A stretch of 64,000 nucleotides of DNA from Verrucomicrobiota bacterium (GCA_049517655.1 JBEKRQ010000004.1:22838-86837), one strand, 5' to 3'. Numbered from the stretch's first letter, positions 12,379 to 21,560 are shown. A program made the numbers and translations. Notes: generated from the sequence alone by a model not told the origin.

Positions 12379-12453
12379 TGGTCTTAGTATAAATGTGCCA
12401 TCTAAAGCCGGGCAATACTTATACCCTGATGGTGCGTGGATTCACCCTTCGCC

Positions 12454-14697
12454 TCAGAAGAGCTGGTTCAGTGGGCTGCTTTCCCCGGTGGGGTGCCAGT
12501 AGTTCACCGTATTGCGCGGCTGTTTGAGCTGCAAAAGATCCTTGCCCGTCAGACGCAAAGCCCAGCCAAGCGGCGTCAAGACCAGCAGGAATAAAACTGC
12601 AAGAACAGCGTAGCCAATCCACTGGCTGGCATAAAAGCCCAGACGGATGGACAATCGGTAGTAACCTCGAAACCAGCGCGGCTGCAGCACGGCGCACAGC
12701 ATCACGCTGGCAAGAACAGAGAGCGCTGCGATCCAACCGGCCACAGGCAGGATGTGCCACCAGCACAGCACCGTGCTGAGAATCGCCAGCCCCAGCGCGC
12801 TCAGCAACGCCACCTTGCGCCATTCCTTCGGATCTTCTTTGAGTTTTAATCTCATCTTGATCCACTTGTGCGGCATGACGCGCCGTTCGATGTGCCGGGA
12901 GGGCTGCGTGGTGCGGTTTAGGACGAAACTGCCGATGACAAGGTAATCCATTTCAGTATTAACGAAACACCGGTAGGCGTCATCAGGCGTGCAAACGATC
13001 GGTTCGCCGCGAACGTTGAACGAGGTGTTCACCAGCACGGCGCAACCGGTGGCCCGTTCGAAGCGTAGCAGCAGGTCGTAGAGCAGCGGATTGCCGTCGC
13101 GTTCCACGGTTTGAATGCGGGCCGAGTAATCGACGTGGGTGACTGCGGGAATTGTGGAGCGGGCTTGCTTAAGTAAATCGAAGCCTTGAATGCCGGGCAC
13201 AGTCGGAAGGCGCAGTTCGGTTTTAACCGGCGCCACCAACAGCATGTAAGGCGACTCCACATCCAGATCGAAGTAATCGGTGGCGCGCTCGCGGCGCACC
13301 ACGGGAGCAAGGGGCCGGAATGACTCGCGGAATTTGACTTTCAAGTTCATCACCGACTGCATGTGTGGCGAGCGGGCGTCACCCAGTATCGAGCGGCTGC
13401 CCAAGGCGCGCGGGCCGAATTCCATGCGCCCTTGGAACCAGCCGACGACCTTCCCGGTTTTTAGCAATTCCACCGTAAAATCAAGCAGATCCCCGGTTGG
13501 AAGCCGTTGATACACCGCACCGTGGGCTCGAAGCGTTGCTTCGATTTCGTCGTCCGAGTATGCGGGACCGAGCAGCGCTGACTGCATGGCATCAGCCTTG
13601 GGCTGGCGGCCATCGCTGGCTGGAGCCGAGGCGTCGGCGCAGTGCGAATGCCAGGCGGCCAAAGCGGCGCCGAGCGCGCCGCCCGCATCACCCGCGGCAG
13701 GTTGGATCCAAAGATGTTCAAATATTTTCTCTTTGAGAATGCGCCCGTTCGCGACGCAATTGAGGGCGACACCGCCAGCCATGCAAAGGTTATTCAAGCC
13801 GGTGACTTCGCGGGCGTGGCGGGCCAGGTGCAGCATGATTTCCTCCGTGACCAACTGGATGGAGCAGGCAACGTCCATATGCCGGCGCTCAATTGGATCT
13901 TCGGGCTTGCGGGGTAGCCCGCCGAAAAGCCGGTAAAACCGCTCGTTGGTCATGGTGGTGCCGCGCAGAAAGTTGAAATACTCGAGATTCAACCAGAACG
14001 AGCCGTCAGGCTTCAAGTCGAGCAAATCCCGGCGGATGATGCCGGCGTATTTCGGCTCACCGTACGGGGCCAGGCCCATAAGTTTGTATTCACCGGAGTT
14101 GATGCGGAAACCGCAGTAATCGGTAAACGCCGAGTAAAGCAGTCCGAGCGAATGTGGGAAGCGCAACTCTTTCAGCAGCCGGATTTCATGTCCATGTCCG
14201 CAGCCGATGGTCGTGGTGGCCCACTCGCCCACGCCGTCGACGGTGAGAATGGCTGCGTCAGTAAACGGCGATGGATAAAACGCGCTGGCCGCGTGTGCCT
14301 GATGGTGTACGGTGAAAAGGATTGAACAGTCCGGTCGCAGGCCCGGCAACTCGTCACGGATGGTTTTGCGCAAGTCGAGTTTTTCACCCAGCCAATTGGA
14401 CAGCACGGCGGGAAAAGTGCGCCAGCCGCCTGGCGCGACGGCGAGATACGTTTCGAGCAGGCGCGCAAATTTGAGAACCGGTTTATCATAAAAGACCACT
14501 GCGTCGAGTTGCGCGACGGTCAGTTCCGCGTGTTGGAGACAGAACTGGATGGCCTGACGCGGGAAATCCATATCGTTCTTCCTGCGCGTAAAACGCTCCT
14601 CCTGCGCCGCGGCGATGATTTCGCCATCGTGGAGCAAGGCGGCAGCCGCGTCATGGTAATAGGCGGAGACGCCAAGAATATTCCGCGAAGCAGGCAT
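12454..14697 (-). CDS. NodU/CmcH-family carbamoyltransferase fused to a C-terminal SxtJ-like membrane domain
   Basis: NILGVSAYYHDAAAALLHDGEIIAAAQEERFTRRKND.., HHQAHAASAF, VNTSFNVRGEPIV. The last roughly 140 aa (from MPHKWIK, about 12454-12876) are polytopic and end ..LTPLGWALRLTGKDLLQLKQP..NYW, as in SxtJ-type proteins. Confidence 0.85.
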   Translation of the reverse strand: MPASRNILGVSAYYHDAAAALLHDGEIIAAAQEERFTRRKNDMDFPRQAIQFCLQHAELTVAQLDAVVFYDKPVLKFARLLETYLAVAPGGWRTFPAVLSNWLGEKLDLRKTIRDELPGLRPDCSILFTVHHQAHAASAFYPSPFTDAAILTVDGVGEWATTTIGCGHGHEIRLLKELRFPHSLGLLYSAFTDYCGFRINSGEYKLMGLAPYGEPKYAGIIRRDLLDLKPDGSFWLNLEYFNFLRGTTMTNERFYRLFGGLPRKPEDPIERRHMDVACSIQLVTEEIMLHLARHAREVTGLNNLCMAGGVALNCVANGRILKEKIFEHLWIQPAAGDAGGALGAALAAWHSHCADASAPASDGRQPKADAMQSALLGPAYSDDEIEATLRAHGAVYQRLPTGDLLDFTVELLKTGKVVGWFQGRMEFGPRALGSRSILGDARSPHMQSVMNLKVKFRESFRPLAPVVRRERATDYFDLDVESPYMLLVAPVKTELRLPTVPGIQGFDLLKQARSTIPAVTHVDYSARIQTVERDGNPLLYDLLLRFERATGCAVLVNTSFNVRGEPIVCTPDDAYRCFVNTEMDYLVIGSFVLNRTTQPSRHIERRVMPHKWIKMRLKLKEDPKEWRKVALLSALGLAILSTVLCWWHILPVAGWIAALSVLASVMLCAVLQPRWFRGYYRLSIRLGFYASQWIGYAVLAVLFLLVLTPLGWALRLTGKDLLQLKQPRNTVNYWHPTGESSPLNQLF

Positions 14698-14700
14698 GAA

Positions 14701-14853
14701 TCACATGAACGGGTAGAGCGCCCACACAATGCCGGAGCTGGCGCTGAGAATGAGAATGGCTCCCAGGAGCAGCAGCACCACAACCAGTGGAACCAGCCAC
14801 CACTTCTTCTCCTGTGCGCAAAAGCGCAGGAATTCTTTAAGAACAGTCCACAT
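14701..14853 (-). CDS. DUF5989 (SxtK-like) micro membrane protein, 50 aa
   Basis: MWTVLKEFLRFCAQEKKWWLVPLVVVLLLLGAILILSASSGIVWALYPFM. The stop lies 3 nt before the carbamoyltransferase ATG. The start was chosen at the internal ATG of ORF 14701..14910. Confidence 0.65.
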   Translation of the reverse strand: MWTVLKEFLRFCAQEKKWWLVPLVVVLLLLGAILILSASSGIVWALYPFM

Positions 14854-15047
14854 GGACGGCCATGTTCTAGCGGTTCCGGCGGGTGCCAGCAATAACGAAG
14901 CCGATTTCAATCCGCTGGCTCATTGCAATTGCCAGAGACACCAACCGTTAGTTGCAAGATCCAATAACACCGGAAAATTTTGTTTTTCAGCGCGCAATTG
15001 AAATTTCTTGTCACCTTTTCAGCTCGGTCAGCCACTCATGCGGTGAT

Positions 15048-16679
15048 ATGATGACAATTAGAGCTATGTCCGCTGCAACCCGCAACGACGCCGAATTGGT
15101 AAGCGAAAGCCTCTCCGGTAATCGCGACGCCTTCGGGCAAATCGTCGCGCGCTATCAATCGCTCGTCTGTTCGCTGGCTTACAGCGCCACCGGCAGCCTG
15201 AGCCAGAGCGAAGATTTGGCACAGGACACTTTTATCACGGCGTGGAAGCAATTGCGCAATTTACGCGAGCCGGAAAAATTGCGCGCCTGGCTTTGCGGCA
15301 TTGCAAGAAATCTCATCCACAACTGGTTTCGCCGTCAGGGCCGCGAACCGAGCCACGCCGCGGAAACACTCGAGACTGTTGCTGAATTCTGCGCGCCCGA
15401 ACCTCTGCTTGTTGACCATATCATCAGCCGTGAAGAGGAAGCCATTCTATGGCGTTCACTCGAGCGCATTCCGGAAATTTATCGTGAGCCGCTGATTTTG
15501 TTTTATCGCGAGCATCAGTCCGTTGAAGCCGTAGCGCAGAATTTGGAGTTGAGCGGGGACGCTGTGAAACAAAGGCTTTCACGTGGGCGAGAACTTTTAC
15601 ACGAACAAGTCCTCGCATTTGTCGAAGGCGCACTGGAGCGGACGAATCCAGGCAAGGCATTCACGGTTGGCGTGCTGATGGCATTGCCGGTACTCACCAT
15701 TTCCGCGAAGGCGGCGACGGCGGGTGTGACGGCGGCCAAAGGCGGTGCGACGGCCAAGGCGGCGGCGGCGACCGGGGTCTTGGGCGCGCTTTTCGGTTCC
15801 TTCCTTATGATTTTCGGAAATTACGTCGCCTATCGCATGAGGCTCGACGCCGCGCGGTCCGATCGTGAACGTGAGTTCATCAAACATTTTTACGGCCGGC
15901 TGTGGGCCTGTATTTTTGGGTTCGGCCTTGCGTTTGTGCCGGTGATGCTGTTCGCCTCGAAATATGCGAGAACGCATCCGCTGTTGATCACAGCGCTGAT
16001 CGGCGGCCTGTCGGGAGTTTACACACTGGCCATCATCGTGCTTTCGGTCTGGTCCATGCAGGAACGCCGCAAAATTCTCGCCGAATTTGGTGCCCAGGAA
16101 CTCACGACGGCGTCCACAAAGCCGGTTTGGGAATATCGCAGCCAATTCGAATGGCTTGGATTGCCGCTGGTTCACATTCAAATCGGCGGCGGTCTTGCCG
16201 CGCAGCGAAAGCCGGTCAAGGCCTGGTTTGCCGCCGGTCGCAGCGCGGTGGGCGGTCTGTTTGCCTTCGGCGGAACGGCGATCGCTCCGGTCAGCTTGGG
16301 CGCTTGCGCCATTGGTTTGCTGCCGTTCGGCGGTTTGGCGGTGGGTTTGATCCCGGTGGGCGGACTCGGCCTAGGCGTTTGGGCCTTCGGCGGGATGGCG
16401 CTCGGCTGGCAGGCGTATGGCGGTTGCGCGCTCGCGTGGAATGCCGCCGCCGGTGGTGCGGCCATCGCGCGCGATTATGCCATCGGCAGTTTCGCCTGCG
16501 CCGTCCAAGCCAACAACGAAATCGCCTGGAATTTCATCAAATCACTGCCCTGGTTCCGGTACTCTGAAATCCTCGTGCGTTACATCATCGGGCTGCAACT
16601 GCTTTGGGTGGTTCCCCTGGTTTTTTGGTGGTGGATGATCCGGCGCGCGCACAGTCAGGAAGAACTGGACGGTCAATAA
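15048..16679 (+). CDS. ECF (sigma-70 family) sigma factor fused to a polytopic glycine-rich membrane domain
   Basis: Region 2 (DLAQDTFITAWKQL) and region 4 (REPLILFYREHQSVEAVAQNLELSGDAVKQRLSRGRELL), followed by about 350 aa of TM segments with GxxxG-type repeats (GGLFAFGGTAIAP..GLLPFGGLAVGLIPVGGLGLGVWAFGGMALGW). The start was set at MMTIRAMS. Confidence 0.8.
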   Translation: MMTIRAMSAATRNDAELVSESLSGNRDAFGQIVARYQSLVCSLAYSATGSLSQSEDLAQDTFITAWKQLRNLREPEKLRAWLCGIARNLIHNWFRRQGREPSHAAETLETVAEFCAPEPLLVDHIISREEEAILWRSLERIPEIYREPLILFYREHQSVEAVAQNLELSGDAVKQRLSRGRELLHEQVLAFVEGALERTNPGKAFTVGVLMALPVLTISAKAATAGVTAAKGGATAKAAAATGVLGALFGSFLMIFGNYVAYRMRLDAARSDREREFIKHFYGRLWACIFGFGLAFVPVMLFASKYARTHPLLITALIGGLSGVYTLAIIVLSVWSMQERRKILAEFGAQELTTASTKPVWEYRSQFEWLGLPLVHIQIGGGLAAQRKPVKAWFAAGRSAVGGLFAFGGTAIAPVSLGACAIGLLPFGGLAVGLIPVGGLGLGVWAFGGMALGWQAYGGCALAWNAAAGGAAIARDYAIGSFACAVQANNEIAWNFIKSLPWFRYSEILVRYIIGLQLLWVVPLVFWWWMIRRAHSQEELDGQ

Positions 16680-16700
16680 CGTTTGCCGAAAGGAATGCCC

Positions 16701-17513
16701 ATGAAACGATTGATGTTGGTTTTCGTATTTGTCGTTGTGTTGAGCAGCGTGGCGTTCGTGGTCACGCGGCAGAAGACACCGCCGGCAGCAAACCCGCCAG
16801 GCAAACAGACGTTGACGGACACTTCGCCGCCGGCGGTTCCGGAAACGCCGGCGTCGCCCCGGCCCGCCTCGCGGCCGGTGGCCGATGATTCCGCTGTTTC
16901 GCCGGGTTCAAGGCCGGCGCCGGTCGCGCTTCCGCCCGCCACCGCCGCCAAAACCGATTTCGAGCGCGCCATTGACCTGCTGGTTTCCCCGCACGCAACT
17001 TTCGAGCAGAAATGGGCCGTGTGGAAACAGTTGCGGGACGCGGGCGAACTGGATCAGGCCATCACAGCGTTGGAAAAGGGTGCCGCAAACAATCCGGCTG
17101 CGCCTGAATACCAGACCGCGCTTGGGGAGGCTTACATCAATAAAATACCCACGTCCACCAATTCACAGGACCCCGCCATTTTGGGGCTGAAGGCCGACCA
17201 GAGCTTCGACAAGGCATTGAGCCTGGATCCTGCCAACTGGGAAGCGCAATTTTCCAAGGCAGCCGCCCTGTCTCACTGGCCGCCCGAACTGAACAAAGGC
17301 GAGGAGGTGATACAACGGTTGTCGAGCCTCATTGACCAACAGGAAACGATGCCGCCGCAGCCGCAGTTCGCCCAGACTTACGTCCTGTTGGGTGAGCAAT
17401 ATCAGAAGGCCGGCAACCCCGACTATGCCGAACAAGTCTGGCGACTTGGCGCGGCCCGGTTTCCCGGCGATCCAACGCTTCAGGGGAAAATCACCAACCC
17501 ACCCCGTCAATAA
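16701..17513 (+). CDS. Membrane-anchored protein with a Pro-rich linker and TPR-like domain
   Basis: MKRLMLVFVFVVVLSSVAFVV anchor, a P/A-rich stretch, then helical repeats (YQTALGEAYI.., FAQTYVLLGEQYQKAGNPDYA). It starts about 20 nt after the ECF gene stop. Confidence 0.6.
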   Translation: MKRLMLVFVFVVVLSSVAFVVTRQKTPPAANPPGKQTLTDTSPPAVPETPASPRPASRPVADDSAVSPGSRPAPVALPPATAAKTDFERAIDLLVSPHATFEQKWAVWKQLRDAGELDQAITALEKGAANNPAAPEYQTALGEAYINKIPTSTNSQDPAILGLKADQSFDKALSLDPANWEAQFSKAAALSHWPPELNKGEEVIQRLSSLIDQQETMPPQPQFAQTYVLLGEQYQKAGNPDYAEQVWRLGAARFPGDPTLQGKITNPPRQ

Positions 17514-17608
17514 TGGGCTGTGAAATGGAAAACGTGATGTGCCGGTGCAACCGGAACCAGCCTTTCCAGCGAAATCGAAAATCAACCAAACAACCACAAC
17601 ACAAACGT

Positions 17609-18550
17609 ATGAAAATCAATCTGCGGATATTCACTTTCATGTTCATCGCCTTATGCGCGTCGGCTGTCTCTGGCGCGGAACCGATAAAGAGCGCCATCAC
17701 CGGACATGGGTTCGTCGCGGATTTTTACTGCACGGAAGGTTCGTCCCCCAAGCCGGGGATTCTGTTTTTGGGCGGCTCGGAAGGGGGAAAACTGGAACAT
17801 CATCTTCCGGAATTTTTCGCGACCAACGGATACGCCGTCCTGTCTTTGGCCTATTTCAAGGCGGAGGGATTGCCCGACACACTGGAGATGGTTCCGCTGG
17901 AGTATTTTGACAAGGCAATCGGGTGGCTGACGGACAACCAGAAGATACAGCATGGCGGAATAGTTGTGTATGGAGCTTCCAAGGGTGCGGAACTGGCGTT
18001 GTTGCTGGCTTCGAAAAAATCCGAAATTAAAGGAGTTATCGCGGTCGCCCCCAGCTCGGTGGTCTGGCAGGGCATGCCCAAAGCATTCTGGCCGCCGCCA
18101 CAACCACGCTCCAGTTGGAGTCTTCAGGAAAAGCCCGTTCCTTTCGTGCCGTATGATTACAGCATGAGATTCGATCCAGGCGACCCGCTGGCCATTTACA
18201 AATTTTACAAACAGTCACTGACACAAAAAGAATCCGTGGAAAAGGCAGCCATTGAGGTCGAGAAAATTCATGGCCCGGTGCTTCTTCTTTCCGGACATGA
18301 TGACGGGCTGTGGCCATCCGAAGAAATGGGGGACGCGATCTGCAAGCGCCTCCAGGAAAAGGCGTTCAAATACAAGGTTGAGCACGTAAAATATAACGAC
18401 GCCGGCCATACGTTAAATGAGTATTACATGCTCGGCGGAACACCGGAGGGCAACCGAAAAGCGAGAATTGATTCCACCGGGAGGATGCTTGAATTTCTCA
18501 AGATGGTGAACAAGTCCATTTCCGGCGACGCGGAGAAGTTGCACCGTTGA
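17609..18550 (+). CDS. Secreted alpha/beta hydrolase, BAAT/acyl-CoA thioesterase C-terminal-like
   Basis: Signal peptide MKINLRIFTFMFIALCASAVSG and the nucleophile elbow VYGASKGAELALLLAS. HDDGLWPS and NDAGH are also present. The start was set at an internal ATG. Confidence 0.7.
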   Translation: MKINLRIFTFMFIALCASAVSGAEPIKSAITGHGFVADFYCTEGSSPKPGILFLGGSEGGKLEHHLPEFFATNGYAVLSLAYFKAEGLPDTLEMVPLEYFDKAIGWLTDNQKIQHGGIVVYGASKGAELALLLASKKSEIKGVIAVAPSSVVWQGMPKAFWPPPQPRSSWSLQEKPVPFVPYDYSMRFDPGDPLAIYKFYKQSLTQKESVEKAAIEVEKIHGPVLLLSGHDDGLWPSEEMGDAICKRLQEKAFKYKVEHVKYNDAGHTLNEYYMLGGTPEGNRKARIDSTGRMLEFLKMVNKSISGDAEKLHR

Positions 18551-18594
18551 ACTTGATTGGTGGGGGACGCCGAAAATCAGGCGGGTTTTGACAA

Positions 18595-19977
18595 TCAAAC
18601 CCGCGCGGCCAGTTCCTCCGCCGGATACGTCCAGATTTCCGCCAGCGTGGGATGATAATGCGGCATGGCGGCCAGCTCCCGCACGGTCATGTTTTTGGTC
18701 ATTGCCGCAGCAATTTCATGAATAAGTTCGCCGCCAACCGGCCCGACGCAACTGCCACCGAGAATTTCGCCTGACTTCGGGTCGGCCAGCAATTTCACGA
18801 GACCGTCCTTCGCTTCCATGATGAGCGACTTGCCGTGGTCGTTGAACGGATAGCTCGCCACCAGATAGGGAATGCCACGTGCCTTCGCTTCCTTTTCAGT
18901 CAAACCGACAAACGCCACCTGCGGCTCGGTGAACACGACGGAGATCAACGGCCGATAATCCATCCGGCGTGGTGACTTTGGATTGGCAATGTTGTGCGCC
19001 GCAATTTCGCCCTGCTGGACCGCGATATGCACAATCTCATGCGGACTGGTGCAATCACCGGCGGTGTAAATGTGCGGTGCGCTGGTCTGCATCAACTCAT
19101 TTGCAAGAATACGACCGTTTTCAGTTTTTACGCCGGCATTTTCCAAATCCAACGAAGCCGTGTTCGGCGCGCGACCGAGCGCGAACAGGATTTCTTCGGC
19201 GGAAACGGAAACCGTTTTGCCGTCGTGTTCGAATGAAACAGTTTTCAGTTTTCCCTTTCGCTTCGCATCCGCGAGCTTCGTTCCGGTGAAAACTTTGACG
19301 CCTTCCCGCCGGAAAACCTTTTCGATTTCAACCGCCGCATCGGGGTCGAATTCCTTCAAAATGTGTTCGCTGCGCTGGATGAGTGTGACCTTGACGCCGA
19401 ACCGCGCGAAAAACTGGGCGAATTCGCACGCAATCGGCCCGCCGCCGAGCACGATGAGCGACTTCGGCAATCGCTGGAGCGCAAGCGCATCGTCGCTTGT
19501 CAAATAGCCGGCTTCACGGAGTGAGGGCAGGGGCGGTTGTGCAACAATCGAGCCGGTGGCGATGATGAAATTTTTCGCCGTCAATTCTTTGCCGTCGCTC
19601 AATTCCAGCGTGTGCGCATCCAGAAAATGTGCATTGGCACGGAGGAATTCAAATCTGCCGTTGGCGAGTTGCTGCCGCCGGTAATCAGCGAATTCCCTGA
19701 CGAGCGCATTTTTGCGCGCCATGACTTTTTTGAAATCAAAACCAACTTTTCCGGCTCGGATGCCCCAGGGTTCGGGATGACCAGCCAGATGCATCACTTC
19801 CGCCGCGTAAAGCAAAGCTTTCGTGGGCATGCAGCCGCGCAGGATGCACAGTCCGCCGACTTCCTTGCCGCCTTCGATGACGATTGCTTTCAAACCTGCG
19901 CCCGCCGCCGTCCGTGCTGCGGCGTAACCGGCGCTGCCGCCACCCAGAATCGCCACATCATAATCAAATCGGTTCAT
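18595..19977 (-). CDS. Class I FAD-dependent pyridine nucleotide-disulfide oxidoreductase (dihydrolipoamide dehydrogenase / glutathione reductase-like)
   Basis: YDVAILGGGSAGYAAA, redox-active GGLCILRGCMPTK, a second Rossmann fold (LIVLGGGPIACEFA), and a C-terminal dimerisation domain with HPTLAE. Confidence 0.85.
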   Translation of the reverse strand: MNRFDYDVAILGGGSAGYAAARTAAGAGLKAIVIEGGKEVGGLCILRGCMPTKALLYAAEVMHLAGHPEPWGIRAGKVGFDFKKVMARKNALVREFADYRRQQLANGRFEFLRANAHFLDAHTLELSDGKELTAKNFIIATGSIVAQPPLPSLREAGYLTSDDALALQRLPKSLIVLGGGPIACEFAQFFARFGVKVTLIQRSEHILKEFDPDAAVEIEKVFRREGVKVFTGTKLADAKRKGKLKTVSFEHDGKTVSVSAEEILFALGRAPNTASLDLENAGVKTENGRILANELMQTSAPHIYTAGDCTSPHEIVHIAVQQGEIAAHNIANPKSPRRMDYRPLISVVFTEPQVAFVGLTEKEAKARGIPYLVASYPFNDHGKSLIMEAKDGLVKLLADPKSGEILGGSCVGPVGGELIHEIAAAMTKNMTVRELAAMPHYHPTLAEIWTYPAEELAARV

Positions 19978-20079
19978 GCGGAAGAAGATGGGAGCGCGCG
20001 GGAGAAATGCAAATTTCAAATTTTACCCCGGAAGGCTTTCGGGATTGAAATTCGGCGCGCACTTTTGGATGATGGTCAC

Positions 20080-20505
20080 ATGAACGACATTATTTATCCG
20101 CGCAGCCCGCGCGAAACGATGGACGGCTGGATGTATCTGCCGCGTTACATTGACAAAATCCGCCTGCACCTCTCCGGCAAACTGCATTCGGATTACACGG
20201 AAAATTTCGGCAAAGGTTTTGACGGCATGTGGCTCAAAGCCGCCGGCGTCGCGCACGAACAGATGATTCAAGTCGTGAAAAATTCCATTACTGACGGCGA
20301 AGTGTGCGATTGGGTGCGCAAGAACGTCAAGAAATCCCCGGTGGAAAAAGCCGCGCACCGCAACGACATATTGTGCCGGCCAAAAGCAGACGATGCGGAA
20401 GCCGTGGCTCGACTAAAAATGCGCAAGGAACAATGCGGCGCGGGAAACCGCGACGACATCAAATGTTTTGTGGATGTGATTGACGCGGACGAGAAACGGA
20501 TTTAG
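20080..20505 (+). CDS. DUF5069 family protein
   Basis: MNDIIYPRSPRETMDGWMYLPRYIDKIRLHLSGKL..EVCDWVRKN. The upstream part of ORF 19537..20505 is antisense to the oxidoreductase and was discarded. Confidence 0.6.
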   Translation: MNDIIYPRSPRETMDGWMYLPRYIDKIRLHLSGKLHSDYTENFGKGFDGMWLKAAGVAHEQMIQVVKNSITDGEVCDWVRKNVKKSPVEKAAHRNDILCRPKADDAEAVARLKMRKEQCGAGNRDDIKCFVDVIDADEKRI

Positions 20506-20585
20506 TTCGGGCTGACGGTTGAGTTCAGTGGCGGCGTTTTCGCCGTCCGCTGCAATGATTGGTTGGCCAACGGAACTTTTCTTTT

Positions 20586-21125
20586 TTAATTCAAGTTAAT
20601 ATTGGTATTTAAGGCCAAATCCTTGATTACTGCCTTCAAAACCCTTGCTTTTGATTTCATATCAGACTTATCGACTTTTTCACGTGCAAGTTTTTCTTCT
20701 GCTTCTTTTATCGCTTTGTTAATTAAGTCAATCGACATTCTTGCACAAATTTTACAATAAAGGTTCATTGATCGACCTTCATTATAATTCTGGAGTAGCT
20801 CTTCCACCAATGCCTGCCTTTCTTTTTGTTCCTTTAGCCAATTTTCCAGACCGACTTCATTGATTTGACGTAAATTATCAGCAGCCGGAATCCACTCTAC
20901 AACTTTTCTTCTCAAGAAGATTGCGCAATTAAATATTTCACTGCATTCGGTACAAGTCTCAAATCCATGCTTCTTTACACAGCAATTCCAAATACTGCAC
21001 CATGAGTGTTGTTCTCCTAATCTGCAACCAATGCATCTGCTCGGCGCTTTTGACTGATACTTGTTACATAATCCGCAATATAACCCGCAGCACCCGATGA
21101 GATTCTTTGCTTCACTACCTTTCAT
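20586..21125 (-). CDS. DUF3795-like cysteine-rich protein (low-GC gene)
   Basis: IGCCGLYCGLCNKYQ..CIGCRLGEQHSWCSIWNCCVKKHGFETCTEC, followed by a helical C-terminal half. Visibly AT-rich relative to flanking genes. Confidence 0.65.
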   Translation of the reverse strand: MKGSEAKNLIGCCGLYCGLCNKYQSKAPSRCIGCRLGEQHSWCSIWNCCVKKHGFETCTECSEIFNCAIFLRRKVVEWIPAADNLRQINEVGLENWLKEQKERQALVEELLQNYNEGRSMNLYCKICARMSIDLINKAIKEAEEKLAREKVDKSDMKSKARVLKAVIKDLALNTNINLN

Positions 21126-21155
21126 TTTTTCACCGATTGTCTTTTTACAGTTGTT

Positions 21156-21299
21156 GTCTAATGATCCAAAGCTGCCTGCCTCAACACAGCTCGGCAATAG
21201 CGAAGATGGGAGCCGCGGCGGATGTTGTTTGTTGAGATTGGCTCCAGCCTGCGGGGCCGTGGCCCCTTCGTCTCGGCGAAGGCCAGTGTGGTGTTAGGC
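21156..21299. repeat. attC-like imperfect palindrome, copy D (GTCTAAT...GTTAGGC)
   Basis: Homologous to the 59137 and 60699 copies: CTAATGATCCAAAGCTGCCTGCC.., ..GATTGGCTCCAGC... It ends in GTTAGGC, whose TTA is the stop codon (minus strand) of ORF 21294..21539. Confidence 0.5.
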
Positions 21300-21539
21300 A
21301 TCAGTTTTCGTATCACCTCGCTTCCGCCAGCAAAAACTGGCAAGGCCGATAATGGTAAATGTAAGCCAAGCCGTGTATGATGGAAACCAAACCGACCACC
21401 ACCTGTCTGAAAAATACTCCGCCTCTGCTTTCTTCAATAAAAGCAACGCGACTAAATTTAAGGCTATCGTAATCGCTAGTCCAAACAATCCGATGAATGC
21501 GAACGAACCAGCCAGTTTGAATGATTTGCATGGCTTCAT
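21294..21539 (-). CDS. Small membrane protein, hypothetical (81 aa)
   Basis: Two hydrophobic helices (GSFAFIGLFGLAITIALNLVALLLL; TAWLTFTIIGLASFCW). Bracketed by GTTAGGC (21293-21299) and GCCTAAC (21561-21567). Confidence 0.4.
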   Translation of the reverse strand: MKPCKSFKLAGSFAFIGLFGLAITIALNLVALLLLKKAEAEYFSDRWWSVWFPSYTAWLTFTIIGLASFCWRKRGDTKTDA

Positions 21540-21560
21540 ATTTTAGGTGCGTGTGCTGAT

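Noticed and set aside
18551-18594. Possible bidirectional terminators in convergent spacers, here and at 20506-20585.
   Set aside because: The stems are only 4-7 bp (for example GGCGGCG-TTTT-CGCCGTC at about 20540) and have no flanking T-runs. They are not convincing as intrinsic terminators.
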